This document shows, in pieces, positions 1-9,413 of a stretch of 64,000 nucleotides of DNA (the stretch's first letter is position 1; every line of letters starts with the position of its first letter). A model generated the notes under the pieces. It made no database searches, was not told where the DNA came from, and was given only the letters and a program-made list of their open reading frames with translations. Position numbers and translations under genes: made by a program. Origin of the DNA: Escherichia phage vB_EcoS_HdH2. The stretch lies in sequence record NC_048748.1. One strand, written 5' to 3'.

Positions 1-71
1 TGTCCAGTGGCCCCCCAGATGAGAATGAGTCTCATTACCGCCCGTTACTATTACCATGCTAACTGTTTCAC

Positions 72-108
72 CCTGCAACCATTTTAATTGCAAGGTGAAA
101 CAATATCA
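72..108. repeat. Imperfect hairpin (gtttcaccctgcaa / ttgcaaggtgaaac) downstream of dmp; possible terminator
   Basis: Inverted repeat read directly; one G-T position. Confidence 0.4.
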
Positions 109-118
109 ACTTTAATTA

Positions 119-853
119 TTACGCAACTTTTAATTTCTCGATATATTGTTGCGGGCTGCAACTATATTCTGCGCGTTCTTCTTCTGTCATACTTTCCCAA
201 CATAATTGCAAGCGATCGGCTAGGAACTGATAATCATTATCATCCTCAAGAGATTCATCAATAAAGGTTTCACCTATCAATGTGACGCCGATTGATAGAA
301 TATCGTTAATAGCTTGCGCGTCCAGCGTTTTAAATCCATATGATGCCGCCGCTGATAGCACGCCTTTATGATCGTCGATCATCGTGAAATCAGCGTTCGG
401 GTATAGCTGTTTGAATAGCTCAAAATAATGGCTTTTATAAATAGCGTCCTTACTGTGGTATATTTCGCTAACTTTATCAGCCGTAAAATATTTGTGAAGT
501 GTATCGCGGGAAAATACACGGATATTACTATCCCCACGCCCTCGCAATCCTTGCTTGCGCAAATAATAATAGTCCGACTTGCTCATCAGTCGAGCGGTAC
601 AAATAATGTTTAACGTGTTGGCGTCATTCATGCACTGGCGCATATATGTAACAAGCGGCAATAAAGTATCCTGCATTATTAAATCATGTTTACATGCTTC
701 ATTTTTATACTTATTTAAATCTAAATTCCCATCGCTATCAAAGCAAGGCGCTACGCGATGAAATGAATTGATGATTGTTCCGTCCAGATCCCAAATCATG
801 ACGCGGGAAATATGCGGGAAATTACGGGTAATATTCGTTTTAACTTGATTCAT
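119..853 (-). CDS. dmp: 5'-deoxyribonucleotidase Dmp (HAD-type phosphatase)
   Basis: 244 aa; N-terminal DLDGT motif (HAD motif I); position and size match T5 dmp. Confidence 0.75.
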   Translation of the reverse strand: MNQVKTNITRNFPHISRVMIWDLDGTIINSFHRVAPCFDSDGNLDLNKYKNEACKHDLIMQDTLLPLVTYMRQCMNDANTLNIICTARLMSKSDYYYLRKQGLRGRGDSNIRVFSRDTLHKYFTADKVSEIYHSKDAIYKSHYFELFKQLYPNADFTMIDDHKGVLSAAASYGFKTLDAQAINDILSIGVTLIGETFIDESLEDDNDYQFLADRLQLCWESMTEEERAEYSCSPQQYIEKLKVA

Positions 854-927
854 TTTGTTACGTTCTCCGTTTAAGGGATTAAATTAAATTAATCCAGCCC
901 ACTGGATGGGCCGGACTATTCCAGCTA

Positions 928-1320
928 TTAAAGACCATAAGCCAACGCATCAGCGATAAAACTAATATCCTCACCTGATACATCGGAACGGATGCCCGCG
1001 CATGTAAATACCTTCGCGCTCATTAGCTGATCATCAAGGCAAGCGGGGCAAGGGGCAACTACTGCGAAAGCTAACCCCGATTTCACCGCGTCGATGATAG
1101 TCGTTTCTTGTTTCATCGTGTCAATATAAACGCCTTTCGCCTTGATGCGGCTGGATAGTTTGCCCGTGGTATAGGCAAAGGTAGTAACCTGCAAAGCGTC
1201 ATTAAAATCTAATAGGTCATCAACAACGTGCCCCGCCTCAACGTGATACCGCTCACCATTAGAATAAACTAGGACGATGGAAGAATGAGCGCGATCGAAT
1301 GGAATATTTTGCTTTTTCAT
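928..1320 (-). CDS. hypothetical protein
   Basis: 130-aa ORF, compact spacing with neighbours. Confidence 0.45.
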   Translation of the reverse strand: MKKQNIPFDRAHSSIVLVYSNGERYHVEAGHVVDDLLDFNDALQVTTFAYTTGKLSSRIKAKGVYIDTMKQETTIIDAVKSGLAFAVVAPCPACLDDQLMSAKVFTCAGIRSDVSGEDISFIADALAYGL

Positions 1321-1341
1321 ATTTATAAAACTCCAATTAGT

Positions 1342-1851
1342 TTAATAAGGGATATTAAATTCTTTACACTTTGATTTAACCCATTCTAAAAGAATAGATA
1401 AATCATAATTGCCTTTTGAAACATATTTATTTGTTATAGGGTTTTTAATTTTTGCCCTGTAATATTCTCCCGCTATGGGATCAACTTTATCAAGATAAAT
1501 ATATTTCGGTAGTTTATTACGCCTTTTATAATCACTCTTATTTGTCATATTAACCGCATGAGTAACTAGGCGTAAATTATTTATATCGTTGTTAACGGGG
1601 TAAGAAATTATTTTATGATCTATATCTAAATCAGGGTTAATTTCTTTATTAAATAAAACCCAAATTAAACGATGAGCTTTATATAATTCACCATTAATCA
1701 TTACATCATAATAGCCTGTCTGATTTAATGTTCCCGCTACACTTCCAGCTTTCACACCGGGCTTACTTATTTTCCATCGTAAAAATGATGGGCTAGATTC
1801 ATCATAATAAACATTCTCGTTAACTTCATTAAAATCTATTTCTTTTGCCAT
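1342..1851 (-). CDS. HNH homing endonuclease
   Basis: YYDESSPSFLRWK ... IDHKI...NNDINNLRLVTHAVN pattern typical of phage HNH_3 endonucleases. Confidence 0.65.
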   Translation of the reverse strand: MAKEIDFNEVNENVYYDESSPSFLRWKISKPGVKAGSVAGTLNQTGYYDVMINGELYKAHRLIWVLFNKEINPDLDIDHKIISYPVNNDINNLRLVTHAVNMTNKSDYKRRNKLPKYIYLDKVDPIAGEYYRAKIKNPITNKYVSKGNYDLSILLEWVKSKCKEFNIPY

Positions 1852-1921
1852 TTATATTCCTCCAATTAATATTATCTCATTAATTGGAGGATTTAGGCAA
1901 ATAAGGTTTTAATTTATCGGC

Positions 1922-3595
1922 TTACTGTACAAAGAATTTACCGTTCTTAAAGTCGATCAAAGTACGCTGGCCGTTCGCATAGGTAATAACATGCGTTTGC
2001 GTCCAGCTTGACGCGCCAACGTTGTAACCCATATCCAGACTACCAGACACGCCGGCAGTGTATACGCCGCCGTAAATGCTGGCGGTGTGAGTGTGCCCCG
2101 TGTTTAATTTGCCCAATTTCTTAAATTGCTTCGGATTGCCACGGCTCCCGTTAATGCCATTGTGACCGTGTACGCCGCATTCAATGCCTGCAATTTTAAA
2201 TGATTGGTCAGTGGTCAGGAAAATAGCGTTAAATTCACAACCTGCAACCTTGCGCAGCGCATAATCTAGCACGTTGAAAGTATCGTCTTTTTCTGCAATA
2301 GCTCCGTAAATCGCAGCATTAAGGCGGTGATATAGTTCCGCGTTGGCTGGATCGTCTTTAATGTTAGCATTACGATCATCAAGCCAACGGGATAACGCCA
2401 GATCATGGTTAGATTCAACAATGATCGTTTGAGCAAAATCGCGCTCCATTGATTCCAGTACGCGCCCGGTATCGATCAAATCATCAATAACCTTATCACG
2501 TCCGGCGGCGTATTGTTTTGCTAGGAATACACCAGACGCACGATTATGATGATTGCGTGATGTAAAATCATGCACGTCATGCACAAACTGATATTTTGGC
2601 TTCAGAATATCAACAAGCCCGTAGGTGTCACCATGCCCCCACGACGCAGCGGCGCACTCCTCATCTAATTTTTCAGCGTGAATATCGCCATATTGTAAAC
2701 CTAAAACGTGCCCCGTTGTTTCATAGCATCCGGCGGGAGTGGCGCAAATATTCAAATCGTAAAACATGCCGCTTTCGTCCATCGTTTCAAGCTGGCGAAC
2801 AAAAAATTCCCCGTCCTCGTCGAACTCAACGACAAGCGCACCAAAGTTATGTAGCGCCTCGGCCTTTTGCCCTGCTTTCTGCTGGATGTAGTTTTTAAGC
2901 GTTGCCGTGCCCGTTGAATACATGCGGCGCACTACTTCACCTTTTAAAGCTGGCACGCTTTCGGCGGTGATTTTAGCCGCCCCGATTGCCAGACCTTCCA
3001 GATTAAGCGCCGTTGCAGTTTCAGCGAATCCAGAAAGCGGATAATCTGCGGTAGGTAACACGTTAATCTCCGCCATGAAAGCAAAACGGCGATTATTTAA
3101 AAACACGTTTTTGCTGCAAATATATTTATCAAATGCAGAATCATATTTGATTCCGTCCGCGCCCTCACCATTTTGGAATCCGTTTTTATTATAAATATAC
3201 TTAGAAACAAGCAAATCAGCGCCGATAAACTGGGCATATTGTTCAAGCGAGGCTAAAAAGTTTTTATGCGGGAAAGTATTATTCTGAATCGAGGTAATAA
3301 TAAAGCGTTTGCCTTGTTTTACTTCCCAGCTTTCCACCGTGCTAGAAATAACTCCGGCGGCTTCAGGGCGGTCATCGTTTTTAATAGCTTTTACAGTTTT
3401 TGCCGCTTTTGGTTTCGCTGGTTTATTTGCTTCCAGCCAATCACAAATAGCGGTGGAATGCTTTGGAGTATCGTAAACCGCTTTCGAAATATCGTCGCAT
3501 ACTTCCAGTTTAGTAGCGCGCAGACGTTTACCATAGAAATTGAAGTCAGCGGCAAGGTTCAGGATAACGGTTTGTTTTTCTGCGGAAATAATCAT
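1922..3595 (-). CDS. A1: Pre-early protein A1 (metallophosphoesterase-like)
   Basis: 557 aa; GDIH and HGHNG...GHTH phosphoesterase-like motifs; size and position match T5 A1. Confidence 0.7.
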   Translation of the reverse strand: MIISAEKQTVILNLAADFNFYGKRLRATKLEVCDDISKAVYDTPKHSTAICDWLEANKPAKPKAAKTVKAIKNDDRPEAAGVISSTVESWEVKQGKRFIITSIQNNTFPHKNFLASLEQYAQFIGADLLVSKYIYNKNGFQNGEGADGIKYDSAFDKYICSKNVFLNNRRFAFMAEINVLPTADYPLSGFAETATALNLEGLAIGAAKITAESVPALKGEVVRRMYSTGTATLKNYIQQKAGQKAEALHNFGALVVEFDEDGEFFVRQLETMDESGMFYDLNICATPAGCYETTGHVLGLQYGDIHAEKLDEECAAASWGHGDTYGLVDILKPKYQFVHDVHDFTSRNHHNRASGVFLAKQYAAGRDKVIDDLIDTGRVLESMERDFAQTIIVESNHDLALSRWLDDRNANIKDDPANAELYHRLNAAIYGAIAEKDDTFNVLDYALRKVAGCEFNAIFLTTDQSFKIAGIECGVHGHNGINGSRGNPKQFKKLGKLNTGHTHTASIYGGVYTAGVSGSLDMGYNVGASSWTQTHVITYANGQRTLIDFKNGKFFVQ

Positions 3596-3692
3596 AGTAA
3601 TAAAGCTCCATTAAAGGGATTAAAAACGTTTGTTATTGGCAAATATTGCCAGATATAACGCCGCTTATTTACAGCGTTATAACTTGCAATAT

Positions 3693-3938
3693 TTAACTAA
3701 TCGGCATAAGGCTAGAACTAACACCACAAGCAACGGCGGCAATAAAGCAAAGTAAGCCCAACCGCTTTGCTAATTTAGATTTACGTTTAAAATAATATGA
3801 ATCTAAATCATTTTGAAAATAAGCGAACAATAATGAGGCCGCTACAATAAATAAGCCTAAAATTAGCGATTCAGTGGGGTAAAAGATCATTTTAATAACT
3901 CCAGTCAAAGGGAAATTATAGTGGGGAATATTCCCCAC
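3693..3938 (-). CDS. small membrane protein
   Basis: 81 aa with two hydrophobic segments. Confidence 0.4.
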   Translation of the reverse strand: MGNIPHYNFPLTGVIKMIFYPTESLILGLFIVAASLLFAYFQNDLDSYYFKRKSKLAKRLGLLCFIAAVACGVSSSLMPIS

Positions 3939-3947
3939 TAATTAAAT

Positions 3948-4355
3948 TTATTCGCCTGCGGCTTGTTTTACTTCATCGGCAACGCCTAACAGCTGCGCCA
4001 CGGCGTCCAACGTTTCTAATTTTGCGCTTTCCAGTGATGCCAGATCGTCAACGTCTTTGATAATGCCGGAATCAATGGCATGTTTAGCGATAACACGCAC
4101 ATAATGCGCTTTACGAATGGAACTGCCGCCGCCAACTTTACGCGGCTTATCGCTTTTCTGATACGCTTTCGCGCTGGTCAATTTTGAGCGAACGGACACG
4201 GGGGAGGCCGCACCTACTGCTTTCGCAATCTCTTTCAAGCCGTCGCTATTTGCGAAATCTAAACCGTTTTCATTGATTAGCTGCTGATACATGGAAACAG
4301 CCTGCTGGGTGTTTTCTTCATTCCAAGAAAATTTTGCGGTTTTAACGTTAGTCAT
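3948..4355 (-). CDS. pre-early protein, possible A2 homolog (DNA-binding)
   Basis: 135 aa, immediately downstream of A1 as in T5; identity inferred from position and size. Confidence 0.5.
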   Translation of the reverse strand: MTNVKTAKFSWNEENTQQAVSMYQQLINENGLDFANSDGLKEIAKAVGAASPVSVRSKLTSAKAYQKSDKPRKVGGGSSIRKAHYVRVIAKHAIDSGIIKDVDDLASLESAKLETLDAVAQLLGVADEVKQAAGE

Positions 4356-4456
4356 GATTATAACTCCTATTGAATTAATTTAAGGGATAAGATTAACATA
4401 ATGTTAATCGTTATATCCCCCGAACTACTGGGGGATATAAAAGTAACACTATAAAC

Positions 4457-4708
4457 TTATGCTACAGCTTCCCATTTTTCGTTACGCTGGATAACCTTTA
4501 CAGCGTCGCCGGATTTAACCCGAACGCTATAAATAGTTTTTCCGTTGTTACTCCGTTCCGTTTCAGCGTATACCGCATCAATTACATCAAACGGCATAAG
4601 CGCCGCGCCTTTGATGCGTTCGGTTTTTCCGGTTGCCTCATCCGTTTTAGTAACGAAAGGAATAAAAACGGATTGACCAATTTTAGGCGCATTAGTAACG
4701 TTTTGCAT
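4457..4708 (-). CDS. hypothetical protein
   Basis: 83-aa ORF. Confidence 0.4.
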   Translation of the reverse strand: MQNVTNAPKIGQSVFIPFVTKTDEATGKTERIKGAALMPFDVIDAVYAETERSNNGKTIYSVRVKSGDAVKVIQRNEKWEAVA

Positions 4709-4909
4709 AGTATAAACTCCAGTTTATTTAGTGGATTGTTCCGCATTACCTGCTGTAAAAGTAGTGGCAGGTAATAAGTAACAATCCGCTCGCCATTATA
4801 ATCAATTTAAGGAACTCCACTCAGGCCGCTATATCCCAGTTAGGGGGCGGGGCACATTATGGCAAGTACCGGCCGTCAAATTTTATCAAGTTATCGCTCT
4901 CATCGAACT

Positions 4910-4933
4910 GGGTACATCTTAAAGCCTATCGGC
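4910..4933. repeat. Left arm of 24-bp inverted repeat flanking ORF 4941-5144
   Basis: gggtacatcttaaagcctatcggc; reverse complement recurs at 5179-5202 with 1 mismatch. Confidence 0.6.
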
Positions 4934-4940
4934 TAGGGTG

Positions 4941-5144
4941 TCAAACAATTTTTTGCAGTTTTTTATGATTCTCTTTCAAGTCAATCATAATATTGCGCCA
5001 GATCATTTCCAACCCTTGCTGGCGGCCTTTCTTGTACTGCGTGAATCTATATTTTACGGATTGCTGAGCTATTGTCAACAATTTTTTAGTAGTACCATCC
5101 AATTTTTTGGCTGGTTTACCAGTTATTAAAAGCGTTTGTTTCAT
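4941..5144 (-). CDS. small basic protein (IR-flanked)
   Basis: 67 aa, Lys/Arg-rich; sits between the 24-bp inverted repeats. Confidence 0.4.
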   Translation of the reverse strand: MKQTLLITGKPAKKLDGTTKKLLTIAQQSVKYRFTQYKKGRQQGLEMIWRNIMIDLKENHKKLQKIV

Positions 5145-5178
5145 ATCTGCGATTCCTTATATAATTGATAAGTTTACC

Positions 5179-5202
5179 GCCGATAGACTTTAAGATGTAC
5201 CC
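5179..5202. repeat. Right arm of 24-bp inverted repeat
   Basis: gccgatagactttaagatgtaccc. Confidence 0.6.
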
Positions 5203-5639
5203 AATTTTTAAAGAGCGCGGCGGTAAACTTTCCCGCCGTGTAGTTCGTCATTGCCGCCCTACGAGATAAATAATAGGGGATACCCAAAAATGGCGCAACC
5301 TTATTTTTGTAAAGAAATGTAAAGAAGGCAACACGCCCGGCGCTCACATAAGTTTAAAGGAAACGGGCGCGCGGATACCACAAAACACAGCAGATAGGCA
5401 AGTAATTTTTTCATTTATATTTGCCTTGCCCTACTTGACAAAACTTAAAAAGCTCGTGGTAGCGATAAACGAGGGTAGGCAATGCAATGGCATACCTGAA
5501 AATTTTACCGCTTTCTAGGGCGTTTTAGGCGGCCTAAAATTGATTTAACAAATATTTAACAACTGCAAAATTGAAAAATAGTTGGAAAAGGTATTGACTT
5601 TTAAAAATCAAGACTAAATGAGTTATTTTATAAAATTAA

Positions 5640-5987
5640 TTAATTGACTTTCTTTTTATATTGTGAAGGCCGGTTTTTATTGTTTTCGGCCTGCGTTACT
5701 TGTCTAAGGTTATCCCCTTTATTATTTAGCTTGTTACGATCAATATGATCAATCATTAGATTACTATCTATTTCACCATGTAATAGTAACCATACGACAC
5801 GATGTACTAAATAACATTCTTTATTAAGTCGAACGATATAATAACCTTGTGAATAGTAAGTACCTGCAACTGTATCTTTCCTAACTCTTCCCTTATTGAC
5901 TTTCCAGCGTAGTGACGTTTTCGATGTTTCATCATAATAAAAGTAATGATTAAACAAGTCATAATCCATTTCTTTATATTTACCCAT
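5640..5987 (-). CDS. HNH homing endonuclease
   Basis: YYDETSKTSLRWK ... IDHIDRNKLNN...NLRQVT; paralogous in pattern to 1342-1851. Confidence 0.6.
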   Translation of the reverse strand: MGKYKEMDYDLFNHYFYYDETSKTSLRWKVNKGRVRKDTVAGTYYSQGYYIVRLNKECYLVHRVVWLLLHGEIDSNLMIDHIDRNKLNNKGDNLRQVTQAENNKNRPSQYKKKVN

Positions 5988-6042
5988 TGTTATAGTTTCC
6001 TTATGTTATTAATTTAATCTCTATTATATTATATCAAAACCA

Positions 6043-6115
6043 TTAGCAGACTACCTAATGAGTTTTTCAAGTTTAATTAGCAGACTACTAATCCCGGAAA
6101 ATCTCATTAGCCAAC
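6043..6115. repeat. Three direct repeats of attagc(a/c)(g/a)actac motif
   Basis: ttagcagactacc, ttagcagactact, ttagccaactaact read in tandem. Confidence 0.45.
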
Positions 6116-6251
6116 TAACTATTTCTTGAGTTATAATATAAATATAAATTAATGAGAAATAATCACTATAAAAATAATCACTACGATAATAATAACAACA
6201 AGAAACTATCGGCCTAAGTGAGAACCACTATCATTTAAGTTATTCACAAAG

Positions 6252-6321
6252 TTATCCACAGCACAAAATGATTTGACACGATAGGCGGCGATATACGGGC
6301 TTATCCACAGACTTATCCACA
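6252..6321 (+). promoter_or_regulatory. Three DnaA-box consensus sites (TTATCCACA)
   Basis: ttatccaca at 6252-6260, 6301-6309, 6313-6321. Confidence 0.6.
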
Positions 6322-6347
6322 GGTTATCCTACTGTATAAATATACAG
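6308..6347. repeat. Left 40-bp inverted repeat (includes palindrome ctgtataaatatacag) bracketing the 6.3-9.4 kb segment
   Basis: Reverse complement of 9374-9413 with about 3 mismatches. Confidence 0.65.
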
Positions 6348-6614
6348 GGTAGAAAGGTAGTGTTAACGACTGCAATCAATTTTATGCCGCCTAAAACGCT
6401 TTCTAACGAGCTAAATGCGGTGGGGTAATATTAAAGTAAAGCCGCAACGCGTCGCCCTGGTGGCTTCGCCGTGTTTTGCTCTTTACTATGCCGCTGCGCG
6501 GTTAGCATAAAACTAGGTGTTAGGCAAGGAAAATAAAAAGGTAAAATAATATTTGCCCCTAGAAAGAAAATACCTTTATCATTCACTCACCGATTAACGA
6601 GGGAGGCCGAACAA

Positions 6615-7592
6615 ATGAGGCTTTATAAACCAGATAACGCAACCGTCTTAAAAGGTGCATTGCGCAACCTGCTGGATGGTAGCAGAACAACCAGCATTAA
6701 ACACTTTGTTAACAAGGCCGAAGATATTCACCAAAATTTTTTTGATGATTTCGACGCCTATGATATGAGTAGCTTTTTGCAACTATATAAGCAAGGGGCA
6801 ACGATTATCTTATATAATCGAGATAATCACCTGCTTACTAGCAGGGGGCCGGACACTGATTTCATAATCGTAAAAGGTAACACAGTAAAAGCCTATGATA
6901 CTGGGGCGGGCTTAGAAGTTTTTTCAATAGAAAACTATGAAGCCAACCCCAATGATCTTTATGACGTTGAAAACTTTCTTGATTCATTTTGGCGTTATTT
7001 ATCCGTTGGCTGGAATCGGTCAATTGGTGACGGGTATCGTCTGGCGGCTGTAATGGCTTTTGATGATAACGGTAATTTTTTGTTACCGTCGGAAGTATAC
7101 CCATACGTATATGATGGGGATATAGAAAGCGCGGGCTTTTCTTTCTGGAAGGAGGAGGATCAGCCTATTGACAACACGGAAAAACATGCTGTAAATTCTA
7201 ACACTCAAACCATTGAAAACAAAGGAAAAAATGCCATGACCAAGATCGCTAATATCGTTGCCGCTAATAAGTCCGCCGTTGTAAATGCTGCAAAACTGGA
7301 AGCGGGTAAAATTGCACTGACTCAAATTACGAAAGTAGCGGCTAAAAAAGCACCGTTTATTATCAAGGGTTATATTGATACGCCGATTGGTCGGGTAGTG
7401 ATTGCCAACCTGCTGAGCGTAGCGGTTGACCAGTACTCCCCTAGCAACCAAAAGGCGAAAGCGGTAGCGGATGCAGCTATGGAAGCGGCTATGTTAGAAA
7501 TGGTACAAAGTTTTAACATCGCTGAAATGATTGACGAAATGGTGAAAGGTATTGATATTTCTACTTTTACCGTTAACACCGAAAACGAGTAA
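6615..7592 (+). CDS. hypothetical protein
   Basis: 325-aa ORF, RBS gagggagg upstream; Ala/Lys-rich C-terminal half. Confidence 0.55.
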   Translation: MRLYKPDNATVLKGALRNLLDGSRTTSIKHFVNKAEDIHQNFFDDFDAYDMSSFLQLYKQGATIILYNRDNHLLTSRGPDTDFIIVKGNTVKAYDTGAGLEVFSIENYEANPNDLYDVENFLDSFWRYLSVGWNRSIGDGYRLAAVMAFDDNGNFLLPSEVYPYVYDGDIESAGFSFWKEEDQPIDNTEKHAVNSNTQTIENKGKNAMTKIANIVAANKSAVVNAAKLEAGKIALTQITKVAAKKAPFIIKGYIDTPIGRVVIANLLSVAVDQYSPSNQKAKAVADAAMEAAMLEMVQSFNIAEMIDEMVKGIDISTFTVNTENE

Positions 7593-7630
7593 TAGTTAAC
7601 CTAGTGTAAAGTTTTGTAAAGGTCGCCATA

Positions 7631-7657
7631 ATCGGCGACCTTTTTTGTTATAATGCC
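7631..7657 (+). terminator. Rho-independent terminator
   Basis: ggtcgccataatcggcgacc hairpin followed by tttttt. Confidence 0.6.
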
Positions 7658-7710
7658 TTTACACCGTTCGAGGACGGTTGAAAATTTTCCCAAAAATTTG
7701 GAGGCTTAAA

Positions 7711-7941
7711 ATGGTTGCTTATTCTTCTTCTGACTCTCTTTTCACTGGAAAAGGTTGGGTGTCCAATCGCTGGATCATTCAAGAAATGGTGCAAGAATAC
7801 GGCATTGCTAAAACTTACACTACCATTCAGGCGCTTTATGATAATGATCAGATTGATCAGCAGACAGCTGGCTTTTTGCTGGATACCCTGAAGGCGGAAC
7901 ATTGTACTAAAAAACAAGCCGCCAAAATCGTTTTAATGTAA
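7711..7941 (+). CDS. hypothetical protein
   Basis: ORF 7678-7941 trimmed to the ATG preceded by ggagg. Confidence 0.45.
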   Translation: MVAYSSSDSLFTGKGWVSNRWIIQEMVQEYGIAKTYTTIQALYDNDQIDQQTAGFLLDTLKAEHCTKKQAAKIVLM

Positions 7942-7983
7942 TTAATAACGGGGCGTTATTTTCGCCCCACTAACTAGGAGAAT

Positions 7984-8139
7984 GAAAATGGTTATTTTTC
8001 GAGCTATTCTGGCGGGTATCTTGGGCGCTATTTTATCTTTGTTTGCAATAGCTTTCGACGTTCACGCGGTTATTATTGGCGCGGGTATCGCTGTTTTTTC
8101 TTATTTGCTGGGCTGCATGAATAAAGGAGAATAAAAATG
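7984..8139 (+). CDS. small hydrophobic peptide (about 51 aa)
   Basis: Below the 60-aa ORF-track cutoff; aggag RBS; hydrophobic. Confidence 0.35.
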
Positions 8140-8349
8140 ATCCGCAACGTTTCTCTTGCTCGTTCAAAAGGTTTTAAGCTGGTGGACGTTAACACGTTCG
8201 AACGGGAAGATTGTAAAATCGAATATATAGCACGGAATAAAAACGCCTTCCGTGTTACAGAAAAGAAATTCGATAAACGGGGTAACGTGATAGCTGAAAC
8301 GGTTAAATATTTTGCCACCTTTTACGCTGCGTTTCGTGGGGTACTATGA
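8137..8349 (+). CDS. hypothetical protein
   Basis: 70 aa; aaaggag RBS. Confidence 0.45.
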   Translation: MIRNVSLARSKGFKLVDVNTFEREDCKIEYIARNKNAFRVTEKKFDKRGNVIAETVKYFATFYAAFRGVL

Positions 8350-8472
8350 AAAGCGTTATTGTTATTCTCCTTGCAATGGTTGGCGGTTTTACCGCCACCT
8401 TATTTAAGAATGATCCCCTTTTACTGGGGATTTTTATGCTTTTATCTGGTTATCTGATCGGGAGGTTATAAA
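8346..8472 (+). CDS. small hydrophobic peptide (about 41 aa)
   Basis: Read from sequence; start overlaps previous stop (ATGA). Confidence 0.3.
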
Positions 8473-8817
8473 ATGGTAATTTATGAGGGCAACCGCTTTG
8501 TTACTAATTGCCGCCCGGCATTATTAGCAAACTACTTAAACCAGCTTTCACCTGAATATAAGGGCGTTGTTAATATTTACGAGGGAAAAGCGCATTATAA
8601 GATTAATGCGGTCGTTGCCCGTGAACTAGCATTTCAATTTTTGACCTTCGCATCGTGTGATATTCAGGTCATGGGTGAAGCATTAATAGCAGAAAATGAA
8701 GACGATTTTATTAATATTTTCCGCAAGGTATGCACCGAGCGCCTGATCATGAAAGGTGTATATATTCAATCAACGGCGGAAAGTATTGAAACGGCTTTTC
8801 GAAAGGTGGCACAATGA
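8473..8817 (+). CDS. hypothetical protein
   Basis: 114 aa; gggagg RBS. Confidence 0.5.
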   Translation: MVIYEGNRFVTNCRPALLANYLNQLSPEYKGVVNIYEGKAHYKINAVVARELAFQFLTFASCDIQVMGEALIAENEDDFINIFRKVCTERLIMKGVYIQSTAESIETAFRKVAQ

Positions 8818-8918
8818 GATTATATATTTTCGCGGGTAATGTTGAGGCTGCAAATGATTCCGCTGGTGGCGATAATGTTCGCCACTATTGGCAAAAATAT
8901 ATTTACTAGGAGCTATAT

Positions 8919-9114
8919 AATGGGCAAGAATATTATTGTGACCAAAATCAGTACAATGGTTGACGTTTTTTACGTGCCCGATACGCCAGAAAACCGGCAA
9001 GCGGTCGAGCGGGGCGATTATGGTAGCGTTATTTATGATCACGATGGCTATTATCGGCATTTGGTCGATTCCTATGGGGAGGAGGAGAAGATCACGCATC
9101 GACTACCAGACTAA
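8919..9114 (+). CDS. hypothetical protein
   Basis: ORF 8839-9114 trimmed to the ATG after taggag. Confidence 0.4.
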
Positions 9115-9191
9115 TAATCACGGGGCGCAACTATCAGGGAGTGCCCCAATTCCCAAATGAGAATCATTCTCATTTGACCGCGCCCGTGATG

Positions 9192-9251
9192 GTTAGCCCG
9201 CTAACGATTAGGGTGTTACGTGTTGCCTTGTGTGATCGTTAGCGGGCTAAC
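9192..9251. repeat. 17-bp inverted repeat hairpin (gttagcccgctaacgat / atcgttagcgggctaac), each arm internally palindromic
   Basis: Read directly. Confidence 0.6.
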
Positions 9252-9373
9252 TAATTTTTAAGCCTCCTCCAATTTTGCCCTTGTTTTAGTATCCCCACCA
9301 AAATTAAACGCGTTAGAATGCGATTCAGGACGTTTTAGCGGTATATTAGAATTATTCACTACATAGGAATACT

Positions 9374-9413
9374 GTATAAATATACAGTAGGATAAGCTGT
9401 GGATAAGTCTGTT
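9374..9413. repeat. Right 40-bp inverted repeat with DnaA boxes (TGTGGATAA at 9399-9407 and 9472-9480)
   Basis: Reverse complement of 6308-6347. Confidence 0.65.

Noticed and set aside
428-761. Plus-strand ORFs 428-613 and 579-761 inside dmp
   Set aside because: Antisense to a well-supported gene with no RBS; shadow ORFs
2596-3658. Plus-strand ORFs 2596-2898 and 3266-3658 inside A1
   Set aside because: Antisense to A1; Arg/Cys-rich translation typical of wrong-frame reading
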